Source: Cystobasidiomycetes sp. EMM_F5
Lineage: Eukaryota
Assembly: GCA_051047955.1 (NCBI GenBank)
Contig: JBPGPT010000007.1
Coordinates: forward strand, 186,001-250,000
DNA length: 64,000 nt
Direction: 5' to 3'
A model generated the notes under the pieces. The model had not been told where the DNA came from. It worked only from the letters and a program-made list of their open reading frames with translations, and searched no databases. Numbering within the stretch: position 1 is the first letter of the stretch; each line of letters begins with the position of its first letter. The position numbers and the translations under genes are program-made. This document shows positions 28,172 to 39,204 of this stretch, piece by piece.

Positions 28172-28406
28172 CGTTGGCTATCGAGGCACTTTTGGTATGG
28201 CAGTTGGCGAAAGATTAGGGATTGTTCCAACAGTCAAAGAAGAAAGACAGGCAAGCATCGAAGCGGGTGAGTTGACTGCGTTACAATCGAGTATGTACAG
28301 TGATATATATACACACAACAAGATGTACTTCGAACGCACAGACTGATTACCTGAAGCAACGAGAAGGAAAGGAATCGAAAATGATGACCGAGTTGTGCGA
28401 GGAGGC

Positions 28407-29186
28407 TCATGGCGGCGGTGCTGACGTAGATGAGGAAGACGCCTCGCTCGCTGCTCCTCTTTGCATTCTGCATGTCCCATCAGTATACGTATCGACCAGG
28501 GAACGAGACTATACTTACTGTGGAAGTTCTGCCTCTATCCGCTCTCTTGCTCTCACAATCTTGCTTTGGATGTAGTGACTACTCGTCGCGTTCGACTTCA
28601 TCATGCGTTCGTAGTTTTCCAGCAGTTCCATCAGGAGCTTGTCGTCCTGTCCATTCAGCACGTCCCGCTTGACATTGAGGATATTGCACGCTTCATCGGG
28701 TGACATTCGGAATCGCCGTGATACGGCATCGCCAGCTTGTATCCCTGACCCTGCTTGCCCGGCGCCTAAGGCTGGACCACCCGCTCGCATGTCTGCAGTT
28801 GGGTCGGATTGTTCAAGTCAGCGCCACCATTTCTTCGTTGTTAGCGCATGATACGCATTGTGTTGCTTCTCGGGATGACTGGATATAGTGTCTGTGATTG
28901 ATTGGGAATGACTTACTTCTCCCCGCTTGCTTCCACGCTTCGACGAACGCACGTCCGAAAACTGATGATCCAAGCGGTATAAGCAATCAGCAGTCGTACA
29001 TGCCAAAGAATGAACAGCCTGCTCACTCTGTCCGCCCGCAATGACTATCTGCGCCATCACCCTCGGAAGAGCCTGTCGTGTCAGTCGTTGCAGATGAATA
29101 CAGAATGATGCAATTTCGAGAATCAGCATTCTCCCATAATATCGGCCAGGAATGGCATCCAGGCTATTGGATCGCAGACTGACCAT
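28407..29186 (-). CDS. PAM16: Mitochondrial import motor subunit Pam16/Tim16, multi-exon (first exon is apparently the ATG alone)
   Basis: AQIVIAGG..FGRAFVEAWKQA, MSPDEACNILNV, YERMMKSNA...SHYIQSKIVRARERIEAE; ATG at 29186 is followed immediately by a GTCAGT donor. Confidence 0.92.
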
Positions 29187-29702
29187 GATGGATAGACAGA
29201 CTTGTACAGAGTTGTGGTTGGACGAAAGTCAGCTGTTGCTGCTCGTTATGCGATCGTCTTGGTCAAAATTGCAAACGATGTTGCTTCACGGCTTGGTCCG
29301 CTACAGATTGACAATGTAATCCCATGCCATCTACGTACTCAGCCTTTCCTGACAGCCGACCTGCTATTCATGTTCTGCGATACAGCAAGCCGCCATCCCC
29401 CAATTTCGTAGCCACTTCGGCTTCCTGCTTCAGCGCGAAAACAACGGAGCGCACGCAATCCGGATATCCTTCCTTAGACCATGCGAAGCTCTGCTGGGTT
29501 CCGCTTTTGTCGGATGTGGAACAGGAGTAGCCGCCGAAGGGCTGTGTCCCTTTCTCTGCGATGCGACAACCTCACAGTTGGTGCGCAATGATTGGATGGG
29601 TGCTCTATCTTTTGTCTCTTCCCTGCTCGACACGACTTCAACAATCCAGGTTGTCTCGCAATAGAGAGTTTACCTACCACATCCTTTCCATCTCTTCCTA
29701 CG

Positions 29703-30092
29703 ATGCTGTCCTCAGCGCTCGCGCTACTACTCTTTTCCAGCGCCATCAGCGCCATCTTTGCCGCTCCTATCGCCTCCGATGCAGGTGTGCAGAGCAATGC
29801 GCAGATCGGTGCCGTTACGGCAGAACAAAGTTCACGCAATCCGGCCACAGCTGGAGGGGATGAGCAATTCAATACAAATGCAGCCTGGACTAACGAGCCA
29901 CCACTCACTACAGCTGTTACTACCCTGCCAAAGCATGGTACCATCACCGATACCTACACCTACAATGCTTACCCTTCAACCATCATTACTTCCGGAACGT
30001 ACACGTCTTCCGGACGGATTTACACGTACACCTACGGTTTACCGACGGGAAAGCCATCCACGTTACTTGACATTCGGACTTATACGTACTAG
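29703..30092 (+). CDS. Small secreted Thr-rich protein, array copy 1 (N-terminal extension, short loop)
   Basis: Signal-like MLSSALALLLFSSAISAIFAAP; HGTITDTYTYNAYPST...YTYGLPTGKPSTLLDIRTYTY; intronless. Confidence 0.75.
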   Translation: MLSSALALLLFSSAISAIFAAPIASDAGVQSNAQIGAVTAEQSSRNPATAGGDEQFNTNAAWTNEPPLTTAVTTLPKHGTITDTYTYNAYPSTIITSGTYTSSGRIYTYTYGLPTGKPSTLLDIRTYTY

Positions 30093-30652
30093 CGATTTAC
30101 TATCGTAATTTACGTGGTCTGTGCTCAGAACACTTTGTTGTTTGTCTGCGTTGTGTGAATGCCTCTCTTACACCATTCTACACATTTCGTCTTATTTGCC
30201 TTGCCAACCAAGACGCCGAACCTCGTCACTCTTCTTTCATCATACATGCAGAGAAGGCCATACGCATCGGCAAACCTACAGCAGACGAAATCCACGGACA
30301 ATTTACCTGATCGCTTCACGCCGAACTCCACCCAGTGGCAATCAACGAAGCATTTGGACAACCTGGATCTCAGGGTAGCACGGGTTGAAGCCGAGGAGCA
30401 ACACCTTTCCGATTCTTACCTTAGAATCTTTCCCTTACACCGCGTGCGAATATTTGGTCGCTGTCGCAAGCAGTGCGAGCGGTGCTATCCCTTTCTCGCG
30501 TGCTGGAGTATAAGTGCTCGCTGGAAACCTTCAGGCCTTTTTGCTTTCTATCATACCGCCTTCCATAAAAGTGAACAATCGGCTGTCAGCAATACACACT
30601 CTCTTCACAAGCACGTTCACATACAGACCCTGACACCAATCATCATCCCACA

Positions 30653-30961
30653 ATGCATTTCACCGTTCCAGCTATCGCTTGTATCGCCCAGGCTGCTCTG
30701 GTTCTGGCTGCGGCTCTACCTCAAGGCAGCCAGCATGGCACTCAGGTGGTCACATACACACACATATCGTATGACAGCACCAGTACCTCGTACGAAACGC
30801 GCACATACACCGAAGGAGAACACCGTACACTGAATCTGTCACCGGGTGTTGCCGATTCTGATCCGGCTCGCTGGTATCCTGCTACAACCGTGACGTATGC
30901 TCACGCCATTCCCACTGGCAATGCCGTCACCACCGTCGAGACTACCACTTATACTTGGTGA
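30653..30961 (+). CDS. Small secreted Thr-rich protein, array copy 2
   Basis: Signal peptide plus HGTQVVTYT...TRTYTEGEHR...ADSDPARWYPATT...IPTGNAVTTVETTTYTW; TATAA at 30509. Confidence 0.85.
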   Translation: MHFTVPAIACIAQAALVLAAALPQGSQHGTQVVTYTHISYDSTSTSYETRTYTEGEHRTLNLSPGVADSDPARWYPATTVTYAHAIPTGNAVTTVETTTYTW

Positions 30962-31494
30962 AGAGGGCAAAATCCCTGATTGGCTGGGCTATTTATGGCT
31001 GCTCTTTCCGGCTTGTTCTCTCACATAAGCCTGAGAGATACCATTTGTTGTCCGTACTCTTATCCGATTTCCATACTCCCTACCGTTCCCAGTCCTCCAT
31101 CCTGTTCAAGCTCGAATCAAGTTGGTAAAAGCTCGCTAGTATGTCGCTTCTTGCTCGGTTATAAGACCTCTTCTGTCCATCCGATTACAATTTTCCACCC
31201 AGATGTACTGAGAATGTACACCACTGCTATATGGCCCAGACAGGATCACAGCTTCATCACACATATCCCTTTATCGTCCTGTGACTGATTCGCAGCTATC
31301 GCGAGCCATCCGGGAGTGCACCGCTTGCTCGACAGCTTAAATATTGAGCGATGACCGAATGCGCACACCTGCTCTTTATCTTGCACTCTGCGGGATAACA
31401 TTGCCTTGTCTAGCCTGTTGAGGTTGCGCGTCTAGCCAAACCCCAACTCTCACTCGATACTTTCACCATCCCACGTCTACGCAAATACTACATC

Positions 31495-31794
31495 ATGTTG
31501 CACCGGACTACTCTACTCATGCTCTCCATTATCCAAGCTCCTCTAGCCCTGCCGCAAGGCGACATACACGGAACGGAGACATTTACATATACATTCACAG
31601 AGCACGAAAGTACCAGTGTCTCTTACTCGACGCGCACGTAGACCGAGGGAGAAACACGTCCACTAAAGATATCACCAGGCGCCGGCGATACCGATGCAGC
31701 TCGCTGGTACCCTGCCGCAACCAGCACGTACGCACATTATATTCCGACAGGTAATGTGGTCACAAGCGTCACGACTATGACGTATACCTGGTGA
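31495..31794 (+). pseudogene. Array copy 3 with a single in-frame TAG (absent from the ORF track)
   Basis: MLHRTTLLMLSIIQAPLALPQGDIHGTETFTYTFTEHESTSVSYSTRT*TEGETRPLKISPGAGDTDAARWYPAATSTYAHYIPTGNVVTSVTTMTYTW; TAG at 31639-31641 aligns with TAC (Tyr) in copy 2. Confidence 0.85.
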
Positions 31795-32453
31795 ATCTGT
31801 TACACACGTTGCTGCATGCATACATGGAGCACAAAAATGGCTCTGCCACTGTGTTGGGTAGTAGCCCAGGTGTGCTGTTGCTGTAACGAGTCAGAGCACA
31901 AAAGGTGACACGTCACTCTAGCGAGCCAAGGCAATAATCGAGCGATGGTGAAAGACTCAGCGCTAAGTCGTCCAAAATAGCTCGTCATTCCCATCACAGA
32001 GAAAATGGTTTGTAAACTCCGATCTCTGTTCACAATTTGAGGACAACTTCGAACGATTTCTGCTCCCCATGCGGGATGCTTGCGGAGACAGCCGTAATCT
32101 CACACAACAATCATCAATGGCCTGGAAGGTTCGTCTGCGAAAGTAGCGCGTTTTCACCCCCTTTCTCGCGGATAGCTTGCGATGCTACCTCGCTTACCTC
32201 GCGCCACCAGCCTTTGTGGTGTGGGAGAATGCGCATTCAGAACGAATATGGCTATGCGGCCCCTTTCTTGGCCAACCCAAGCCACTCCAGCTCTATAAGA
32301 GGGTGGCATCACAGTCTTCACACCTCGGATCTGCATCACATACTTTCTTTGAGGACTTCCACACACACACAGCAAAGCTCTCTTCGCCACGCCCACCCTT
32401 TTTCACGTCGACATCCTCACGCTCCTACGTATACCCTCGCATATATATAGACA

Positions 32454-32738
32454 ATGTTCGTCTCCATTCTGTTCGTTCTTGTGGCGATTGCCCAGGCCAC
32501 TCTGGCTTTACCGCTACGGCCCGCCCACGGAACTGACACCGACACCTACACTTATTTGGTGTGGCCTAGTACCAGTACAGAATTGAGAACCGTCACAGAG
32601 ACGTATTACAATATATGGCATTCGGGACTGTCGTCGGGTCCTGAGGCAACGCCTACGACCCCTACAAATGTCTACACATTAGTGTGGCCGACTGGCGATT
32701 CTTCCCTTACCACCGAGACCACGACCTCAACATGGTAA
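32454..32738 (+). CDS. Small secreted Thr-rich protein, array copy 4 (subfamily B)
   Basis: Signal peptide plus HGTDTDTYTYLVWPSTSTE...WHSGLSSG...VYTLVWPTGDSSLTTETTTSTW; TATAA at 32294. Confidence 0.85.
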   Translation: MFVSILFVLVAIAQATLALPLRPAHGTDTDTYTYLVWPSTSTELRTVTETYYNIWHSGLSSGPEATPTTPTNVYTLVWPTGDSSLTTETTTSTW

Positions 32739-33544
32739 ATATGATGCGCAGGCCAATTGCAGTTTCGATGGGAAGCAGAAGCGTGATGCGTGCACCAGGC
32801 ACGCTTGGCAGCAGTGTCAACGAGCGATCACTTTGTGAACGCCGTAGAGCTATTGAAGGCGATAGATACCCTTCCATGTGTGTCTCGTACTCGGCAAACC
32901 CCGCTATCATTCTTCCAGAACTCCTTGCTGTGCTGCCCTCATATCGCACAGATCCGTCCATGGTTTCCTCCGACTAGGTTAATTTGTTTGCTTACGGTAC
33001 CTGCCTGGTGCATACATCGAGCTTCCACGCTGTGTACCAATTGACAATGCTCAGGCAGCTGTTCGATGCTTAAATAAACAGACCGAGTATGAAATTGCCT
33101 TATTCCGTTCTCGCGGAGACTGGCATCGTGGTGAGCATTCTTCAATGCCGGCGAAGTCTTTGGGTTTTCTGCATTATCGCTTATTCAGCCGGTCCAAGAG
33201 GCTCGACATGGAAGCGTACACGGTTCCATACAGATGACTACCGTTCCCTTCATCATGCTGCGCACACGGATATGCGCGCAAATTTAAAGCAGGTATATCC
33301 GAAACTCACATGGGTGATTCCCGTAGAACCTCGCTTACCTTGCGCCATCAGCCTTTGTGGTGTGCGAAATATATCTATCGCAGGGATGGCTGTGTGATCC
33401 CTTTCTGTTCTACCCTCATCTGCTCCCGTTCATAGATATTCATGAAATCTGAAACAAACCTCGCTCCACATCTTGGTCCTGAACCACGCTTTTCAGTACT
33501 TCTCCACCCACTTCCCCACTCACCTTTTTTGCACCGTATAAAGA

Positions 33545-33835
33545 ATGCTTTACTGCACTCTCTCTGTACTCGCAATGGCGCATGTCGCTTTGGCCAGGCC
33601 TCTTTATAGACCACCACCACCTCACGGAACGACTACTGTCACTTATACTACCAGTGCATGGCCCAGCACCAGCACTGAGTTTCTGACATTGACTCAGACT
33701 GGTTACAATGTTTGGCATTCGGGCTTGTCATCTGGTCTGGAGGCGACCCCAACAATTTTCACAACAGTTTACACACTCGAGTGGCCAACCGGCGAGCAGT
33801 CACTTACTACACAGACTGAGACCTCAACATGGTAG
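33545..33835 (+). CDS. Small secreted Thr-rich protein, array copy 5 (subfamily B)
   Basis: Close paralogue of copy 4: HGTTTVTYTTSAWPSTSTE...WHSGLSSG...VYTLEWPTGEQSLTTQTETSTW. Confidence 0.85.
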   Translation: MLYCTLSVLAMAHVALARPLYRPPPPHGTTTVTYTTSAWPSTSTEFLTLTQTGYNVWHSGLSSGLEATPTIFTTVYTLEWPTGEQSLTTQTETSTW

Positions 33836-34356
33836 GTTCTCATGCAGGGTCCTCCAACGCGGAAGCGTGCTGCGCTTGTAGAGACAGAGTCCATACCCTG
33901 CGTTTACGAGATATATCACGCTACTAGAATGACCGCCGCAGAGCTTACGCTGTCGGTTAATACTACCATATTTAACCCCACTACCCACCAAATTTCGTTA
34001 CAAACGCTTCGCAATACCTCGTTACGGGCAGGGCCAACTTCATGCCTCTACCATCAACTGCAGTGCTGTATGTGCGCATCTCAGGCCATCTATGGCGACT
34101 ATGGGAAAGGCTTGGCGTAGGGCTATGTTTTCAACTCATCGCCTTTTCGCAATCATTACGGCCAATGAAAGGCCGCCAAATGCAGTGAACACCGCCGTCT
34201 TATCCTTTGCGTCCCGCATACAGGCCTCATCGTTACTTTGCATGTGTTGCTGAAGCTGCACACGCATTGACATACACTCATCATCTCCCAGATCTTCCGC
34301 TTGCGACACATTGTCACGACGCCGTCGCGCTCTAATCTCTCATACGTCACTATAGG

Positions 34357-34665
34357 ATGCTTCTTCCATGCTTCATCACAATAGGCATCGTAACGGCCGC
34401 CATCGCCTCACCCGTCGATTCCAGGGTTGATCAACACACAACCGTGACGCTTACGACGACCCTTGAAGTGTACGATTTCTTCACATCATACGATGTCCGC
34501 ACATACTCAAGAGGCCAAGTCCGATATGTCACCGTCGAGCCAAGTTTGGCGGAAGCAAGTCCAGATATTTACTTCCCTGCAACGACGGTAACGTACACTC
34601 AAGAGATGGCGACGGCCGCGCCGCATACTCAGATCGTCACCAAGACTTACACATACCGCCCATGA
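34357..34665 (+). CDS. Small secreted Thr-rich protein, array copy 6
   Basis: Signal peptide plus HTTVTLTTT...RTYSRGQVR...ASPDIYFPATTVTY...IVTKTYTYRP. Confidence 0.8.
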   Translation: MLLPCFITIGIVTAAIASPVDSRVDQHTTVTLTTTLEVYDFFTSYDVRTYSRGQVRYVTVEPSLAEASPDIYFPATTVTYTQEMATAAPHTQIVTKTYTYRP

Positions 34666-34950
34666 TCTGCACCTGTTTTTTTCCGTTGTTTTGCTTTTCG
34701 TGCTACGACACCCGTTGTTGACCTATGTTCCGAGTTCTAGCTTGCCGACCAGGAAAGCGCCAGTATCTGTGCAAGTTTATAGTTTGGCAAGGCTGACATA
34801 ATGTTCGTGAAGAAATCTATTACATCAGACCATTCAGAAGGCTGCATGTCTTGATTACTCAAGCTACTCTACGGCATAGTGGCTACAAGTCACTGTGTGG
34901 TCCCTCATCAATATCGACTGACTCTCAGTCGCACTCTATTGTTTCCTCTG

Positions 34951-36169
34951 TCACTTGCCCGTCAATACTACCAGCTTGCCTGTAGCATGACCATCTTCCA
35001 TACGCTTATGTGCCTCAACAATCTTCTCGAGACCTTCGTACACAGTATCAATCGGTACTTTAGCAACACCTTGCTGCAGAGCGTCAATGAAACTCTGTAG
35101 ACCTTCCCGAGTGAGATCTTCAGCACCTCCACCGTAGCTTGTCAAACGGACGCCCTTCGGTATAAATTCTGTAAAATGACATCAGTCCCAAGGTCTGAAG
35201 GGGCGCACAGTAACGAACCCATCGGATACATGTCTTTAATGGTCCAATCATCATTCAGCATACCAGTAAAACAAGCTGTACCCTTAACTTTGATTGCGCG
35301 AAGTGTATCGCGTAAGGCTGTTGCTCCGACCAGTTCGATGGCGCAATCAACGCCATCCGGCTGAATGTCTCTGACTTTTTCCGAGACTGCTCCGTCGTCA
35401 ATGATGACATGGTCCACACCAATCTTCTTGAGGGAATCAGATTTCCTCGCATTTCGCGTTGTCGAAAGGACGGTCATACGTCTCTGCTTTGCAAGGACAG
35501 CAGCACACATGCCCACAGAAGAAGTACCTCCGCGAATGAGAATGGACTGTCCGGCCTTGCCATCGCAGCCAACATCGAGCGACCCCAAAGCCGTCTGTAG
35601 CATCTCCGGCAGAGCACCCAGTTGTCCCCAGTCAGGATTGTCGGCCTCGAACTTGATGACGTTGGTTGCTAGAACGCAAGTCATCTCGGCATACCCTCCA
35701 TGTCGTGCTGTAGATATCAGATTGTTGTCAGATCTTATACCTTCCCCGCAACGTGTGCCCATTTCGCGTACTGCGGCCCATTCCTCCCATCATTGTTACG
35801 ACCTAGCATCAAGTCAGTGCGAGTACAGATTGCAATGCCTGTAAAGGCCTTACGCACCTTGTCGCCTGCAGCAAACTCCCCGCCTGGACATTCCGCTACC
35901 ACTCCCGTTGCCTCGATACCGAGGACCCTTGGAAATGTTACGCCTTCAGCAAGACCCTTTCTGGTGTGATACTCTGGTGAAACCCATGTTAGAGCTGCGT
36001 CTGCCTCGTAAGGGGCACCCTGCGCACCAGAGCGGTTCAGTCCAAAGGCCTTGACGATAATCAAGACTTCGCCATGGCCAGGCTTTGGAACGGGCAAATC
36101 TACAATCTTGAGGCCCTCTGGCGGAGCAGGAGCGCTGTCTAGAAGCACGGCTCTCATAGTGGAAGCCAT
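34951..36169 (-). CDS. NADPH:quinone oxidoreductase-like protein (MDR family), multi-exon
   Basis: GEVLIIVKAFGLNRS, FPRVLGIEATGVV, GGYAE, LIRGGTSSVG, GVDCAIELVG, AHKRMEDGHATGKLVV. Confidence 0.9.
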
Positions 36170-36896
36170 TGTGCTGTCTCCTGCAGTGGTCGCGCTCTCA
36201 GCAGCCAACTTACACCTGCCGATAGCATTCACATCACCACCGCCTCGGCTACGGGATCACACTGACCAAACACAATACGAATTACCGTCAACTTTGATTG
36301 CTACTGTCAGGCTGCAGTGTTCAGTATCTACTCATTCATCGATATCGATTCTGTGCGCAGGCCTATCTTGCAGCCTATGGAAGAGCGTGAAAAAAGTACG
36401 TCCTCCCTGGGCTTCGATAGCCCTGTCGACGCTGCTTCGTTCGAGCAGCTCACAGTACCTTGTTTGTATGCGTCGCTTCAACTCAGTCAATCGCGAACCG
36501 TCAGTGTGATATACTGTGTGCGCTGACGCGCTCGGACGCATTCCGTACCGTGAGACGATTCTGGCGAGTGAATCAAGGAATGCCAGACTCCCATGCATCG
36601 CTGCACACCAGTTCAACAGCGAACATGCCAAGAACCTTGCAGACAATGGCCACGGCTACAGGACGCTTGTCACCGGGTTGCGCCCGAAATTCTCAGCAAC
36701 GCGCCATTGGCATCCTGGGAGGCGAGTGTGTCAGATGTCCTTGCGATACAGTCACTAGAAAAAGGGAGGTTAGTATAAGTGGACCGCTTGCGACTCAAGC
36801 ACCCTTGCTTCTGCACCATACAGTGAGTAACCAAGCACTGCTAAGCTCGCCATCCACCCAATCTATCACTCTCGTTTATTACGTGCCACCGCTATC

Positions 36897-37202
36897 ATGA
36901 TGCTCGTCCATACAACCCTGGCACTGTGCATTGCTGCGGCCAGTGTTTCTGCTATTCCCGTGCCCTCCGCTTCGACTAGCGAGACGGTTACATGGACTAT
37001 GGCCTCCTATCCAGGCTACACTACTGGCTCCTCCACATACACCTATTCCAAGGGCGAGATGCGTCCTGTACCGGTAGCAGAGGACGAGGCACGAGCAGAT
37101 CCTGACAGATACCTGCCCGCGACAACGGAGGTTGCTATTTCGCTCGTTCCCACTGGCGAACCCGTATGGTACACCACAACTGCGACCTTCGCATGGAAGT
37201 AG
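36897..37202 (+). CDS. Small secreted Thr-rich protein, array copy 7
   Basis: Signal peptide plus ETVTWTMASYPGYTTGSSTYTYSKGEMR...ADPDRYLPATT...PTGEPVWYTTTATFAWK; TATAA at 36774. Confidence 0.88.
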   Translation: MMLVHTTLALCIAAASVSAIPVPSASTSETVTWTMASYPGYTTGSSTYTYSKGEMRPVPVAEDEARADPDRYLPATTEVAISLVPTGEPVWYTTTATFAWK

Positions 37203-37628
37203 CACCGGCGTGGCATGATTGGGTGTCAGTAAAGCAGTGTATTATGTTTTCTCAATTTGGTTCAGGCTGCCGCAGAAGAGGAATGCAGACAGCGAGGAAG
37301 CTTACATTGAGTATGGACGAGGATCACCTGACGCATGCCTATAACCCAGTCGTTTCCGCACTTACTGACAGAGATAACCCAGCTTACGTTGAGATGGACT
37401 GTGCTGCGAAATCGCGACGTCAGCCGATAAATTCAGGCGGCGTGGCGATATGACGGACGCTTGCAGTAGATCCATAGGGGTACGTTCCCTCTCTCAGATC
37501 CGCTATGCATGCGCCGGTATGAAATGGAGTGAAAATAGCACTGCGTCAATGGCACTTGGTCTCGCGATACCAGCCCGACTCATTTCAGGCCTTTCAAACC
37601 GCATATATCAGTCCCACAAACTAGCACC

Positions 37629-37830
37629 ATGACCATCATCAAGGCTTCACTCGCGCTATTCATGGCCGCTACCGCTAAATAGCAGCGGCGTGAGCCGTGT
37701 TCTCTTCGGTATCTGCAAATGTGGGGCATGCAGATCCTGATAAACACAATCCTGCAAAAACGGTGGCCAAAGTTCACCTTCTCGGGTCTGTCGATCCCTC
37801 GAACTATACCACAGCTGCAATGGTCGGTAG
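37629..37830 (+). pseudogene. Degenerate array copy with early stop, internal deletion and frameshift
   Basis: MTIIKASLALFMAATAK* (signal-like) followed in another frame by SVSANVGHADPDKHNPAKTVAKVHLLGSVDPSNYTT, which aligns to the VAEDEARADPDRYLPATTEV...PVWYTT half of the neighbouring copies. Confidence 0.7.
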
Positions 37831-38392
37831 CTACCCACTCCTCAGTATCGCTACGCAATGCAGGCTTATCTGCCAGCCTGTGCGGCTGCTCAACAGATAT
37901 TTACATCGTCTCTGGGCTTCGACAGCCCTATCGTAACTGCTACATCGAAAAGCCGACAGTGTACCGTCTGTATGCGTATCTTCGACTCAGTCAATCGCGG
38001 ATATCCAGTTCGAAGGATGCGCTGACGCGCTCCAACGCTTTCCATACCCTAAAAAATCCTGGCGAGCAAGCCAAGGAATGCCATTCCCGCGTCGGTCGCT
38101 GCACACCAAAGTGACAGCAGGTATGCCAAGGGCCTTTCTCACTCTGGTCACGGCCGGAGGATACTCGTCACCGGGTTGCCTCCGGGTATCTCACCTGCCC
38201 TCCATTGTAACCGCTGGGACGCCAGCGTACAATAAGTCTGCGATGCATCCGCTCGGGAAGAGGGAGGTTCGTCCAACAGGGTCTTTGTGCTTTGTTCACT
38301 CTCGCCTTTGCACCAATCAGTGCACCACCCATCTCCGGCTTTGCACTCCACTTTCTTCCAACACTTTCGTCTCTTCACATAGCGTAATCACA

Positions 38393-38698
38393 ATGATGCT
38401 CGTTCACGCAACCCTCACACTATGCATTACCGCCATTAGTGTTTCCGCTGCACCCGTTCCGGCACCTTCGACGACCGAGACAGTCACATACACCTCAGCA
38501 TCCTACTCGGATTACATCACTAGCTCGTCCACGCGGTCCTTGACCGTAGGCGAGATGCGCACTATCTCAGTACCCGAGGACGTGGCACGAGCAGATCCTG
38601 ACAAATACCTCCCCGCGACAGAGATCGTTAAAGTTTCGGTGATCCCGGTTGGCGAACCTGTCTGGTATACTACAACCGAAACATATGAATGGAAGTAG
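38393..38698 (+). CDS. Small secreted Thr-rich protein, array copy 8
   Basis: MMLVHATLTLCITAISVSAAP...GEMR...ADPDKYLPAT...PVGEPVWYTTTETYEWK. Confidence 0.88.
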   Translation: MMLVHATLTLCITAISVSAAPVPAPSTTETVTYTSASYSDYITSSSTRSLTVGEMRTISVPEDVARADPDKYLPATEIVKVSVIPVGEPVWYTTTETYEWK

Positions 38699-39204
38699 TA
38701 GCAGCTTTTATCTGAAACACTACTTCGAGCGGCAGAAAGCTACGTGTTGTCTAGTTTGACGCAGTAGCCAGGGCGGCGCAGAGTCAGTTCCGGCGAATTG
38801 ACAACAGTAGGATTGCTATAGTAGTCTGTCTCTCCTGCTGCCAAGCTAAATGATGCGCTGACGCGCCACAATCCAGCAAGCCAAGGCGTACCAGACTTCC
38901 ATATTTCACTGCACATCACTGTACCAGCAGATTTGCAAAGACCCCTTCTGACAGTGTTTACGCTTGGATGACGGTCGTCACCGGCTTGCGCCCGACATTC
39001 TCACTGGCGCGCGGTTGAGATGCTGGGAGGCAAGTGTGTCAGATGAACTTGCGGTACAGTCACTGGGAAAGAGGCGGTAGTATAAGTAGACCGCTTGCGA
39101 CTCAACCACCCTTACTTCTGCACCATACAGTGAATTACCGAGCACTGCTAAGCTCGCCATCCGCCCAAGCTATCACTCTCATTTACTCACATACCACTGC
39201 TATC

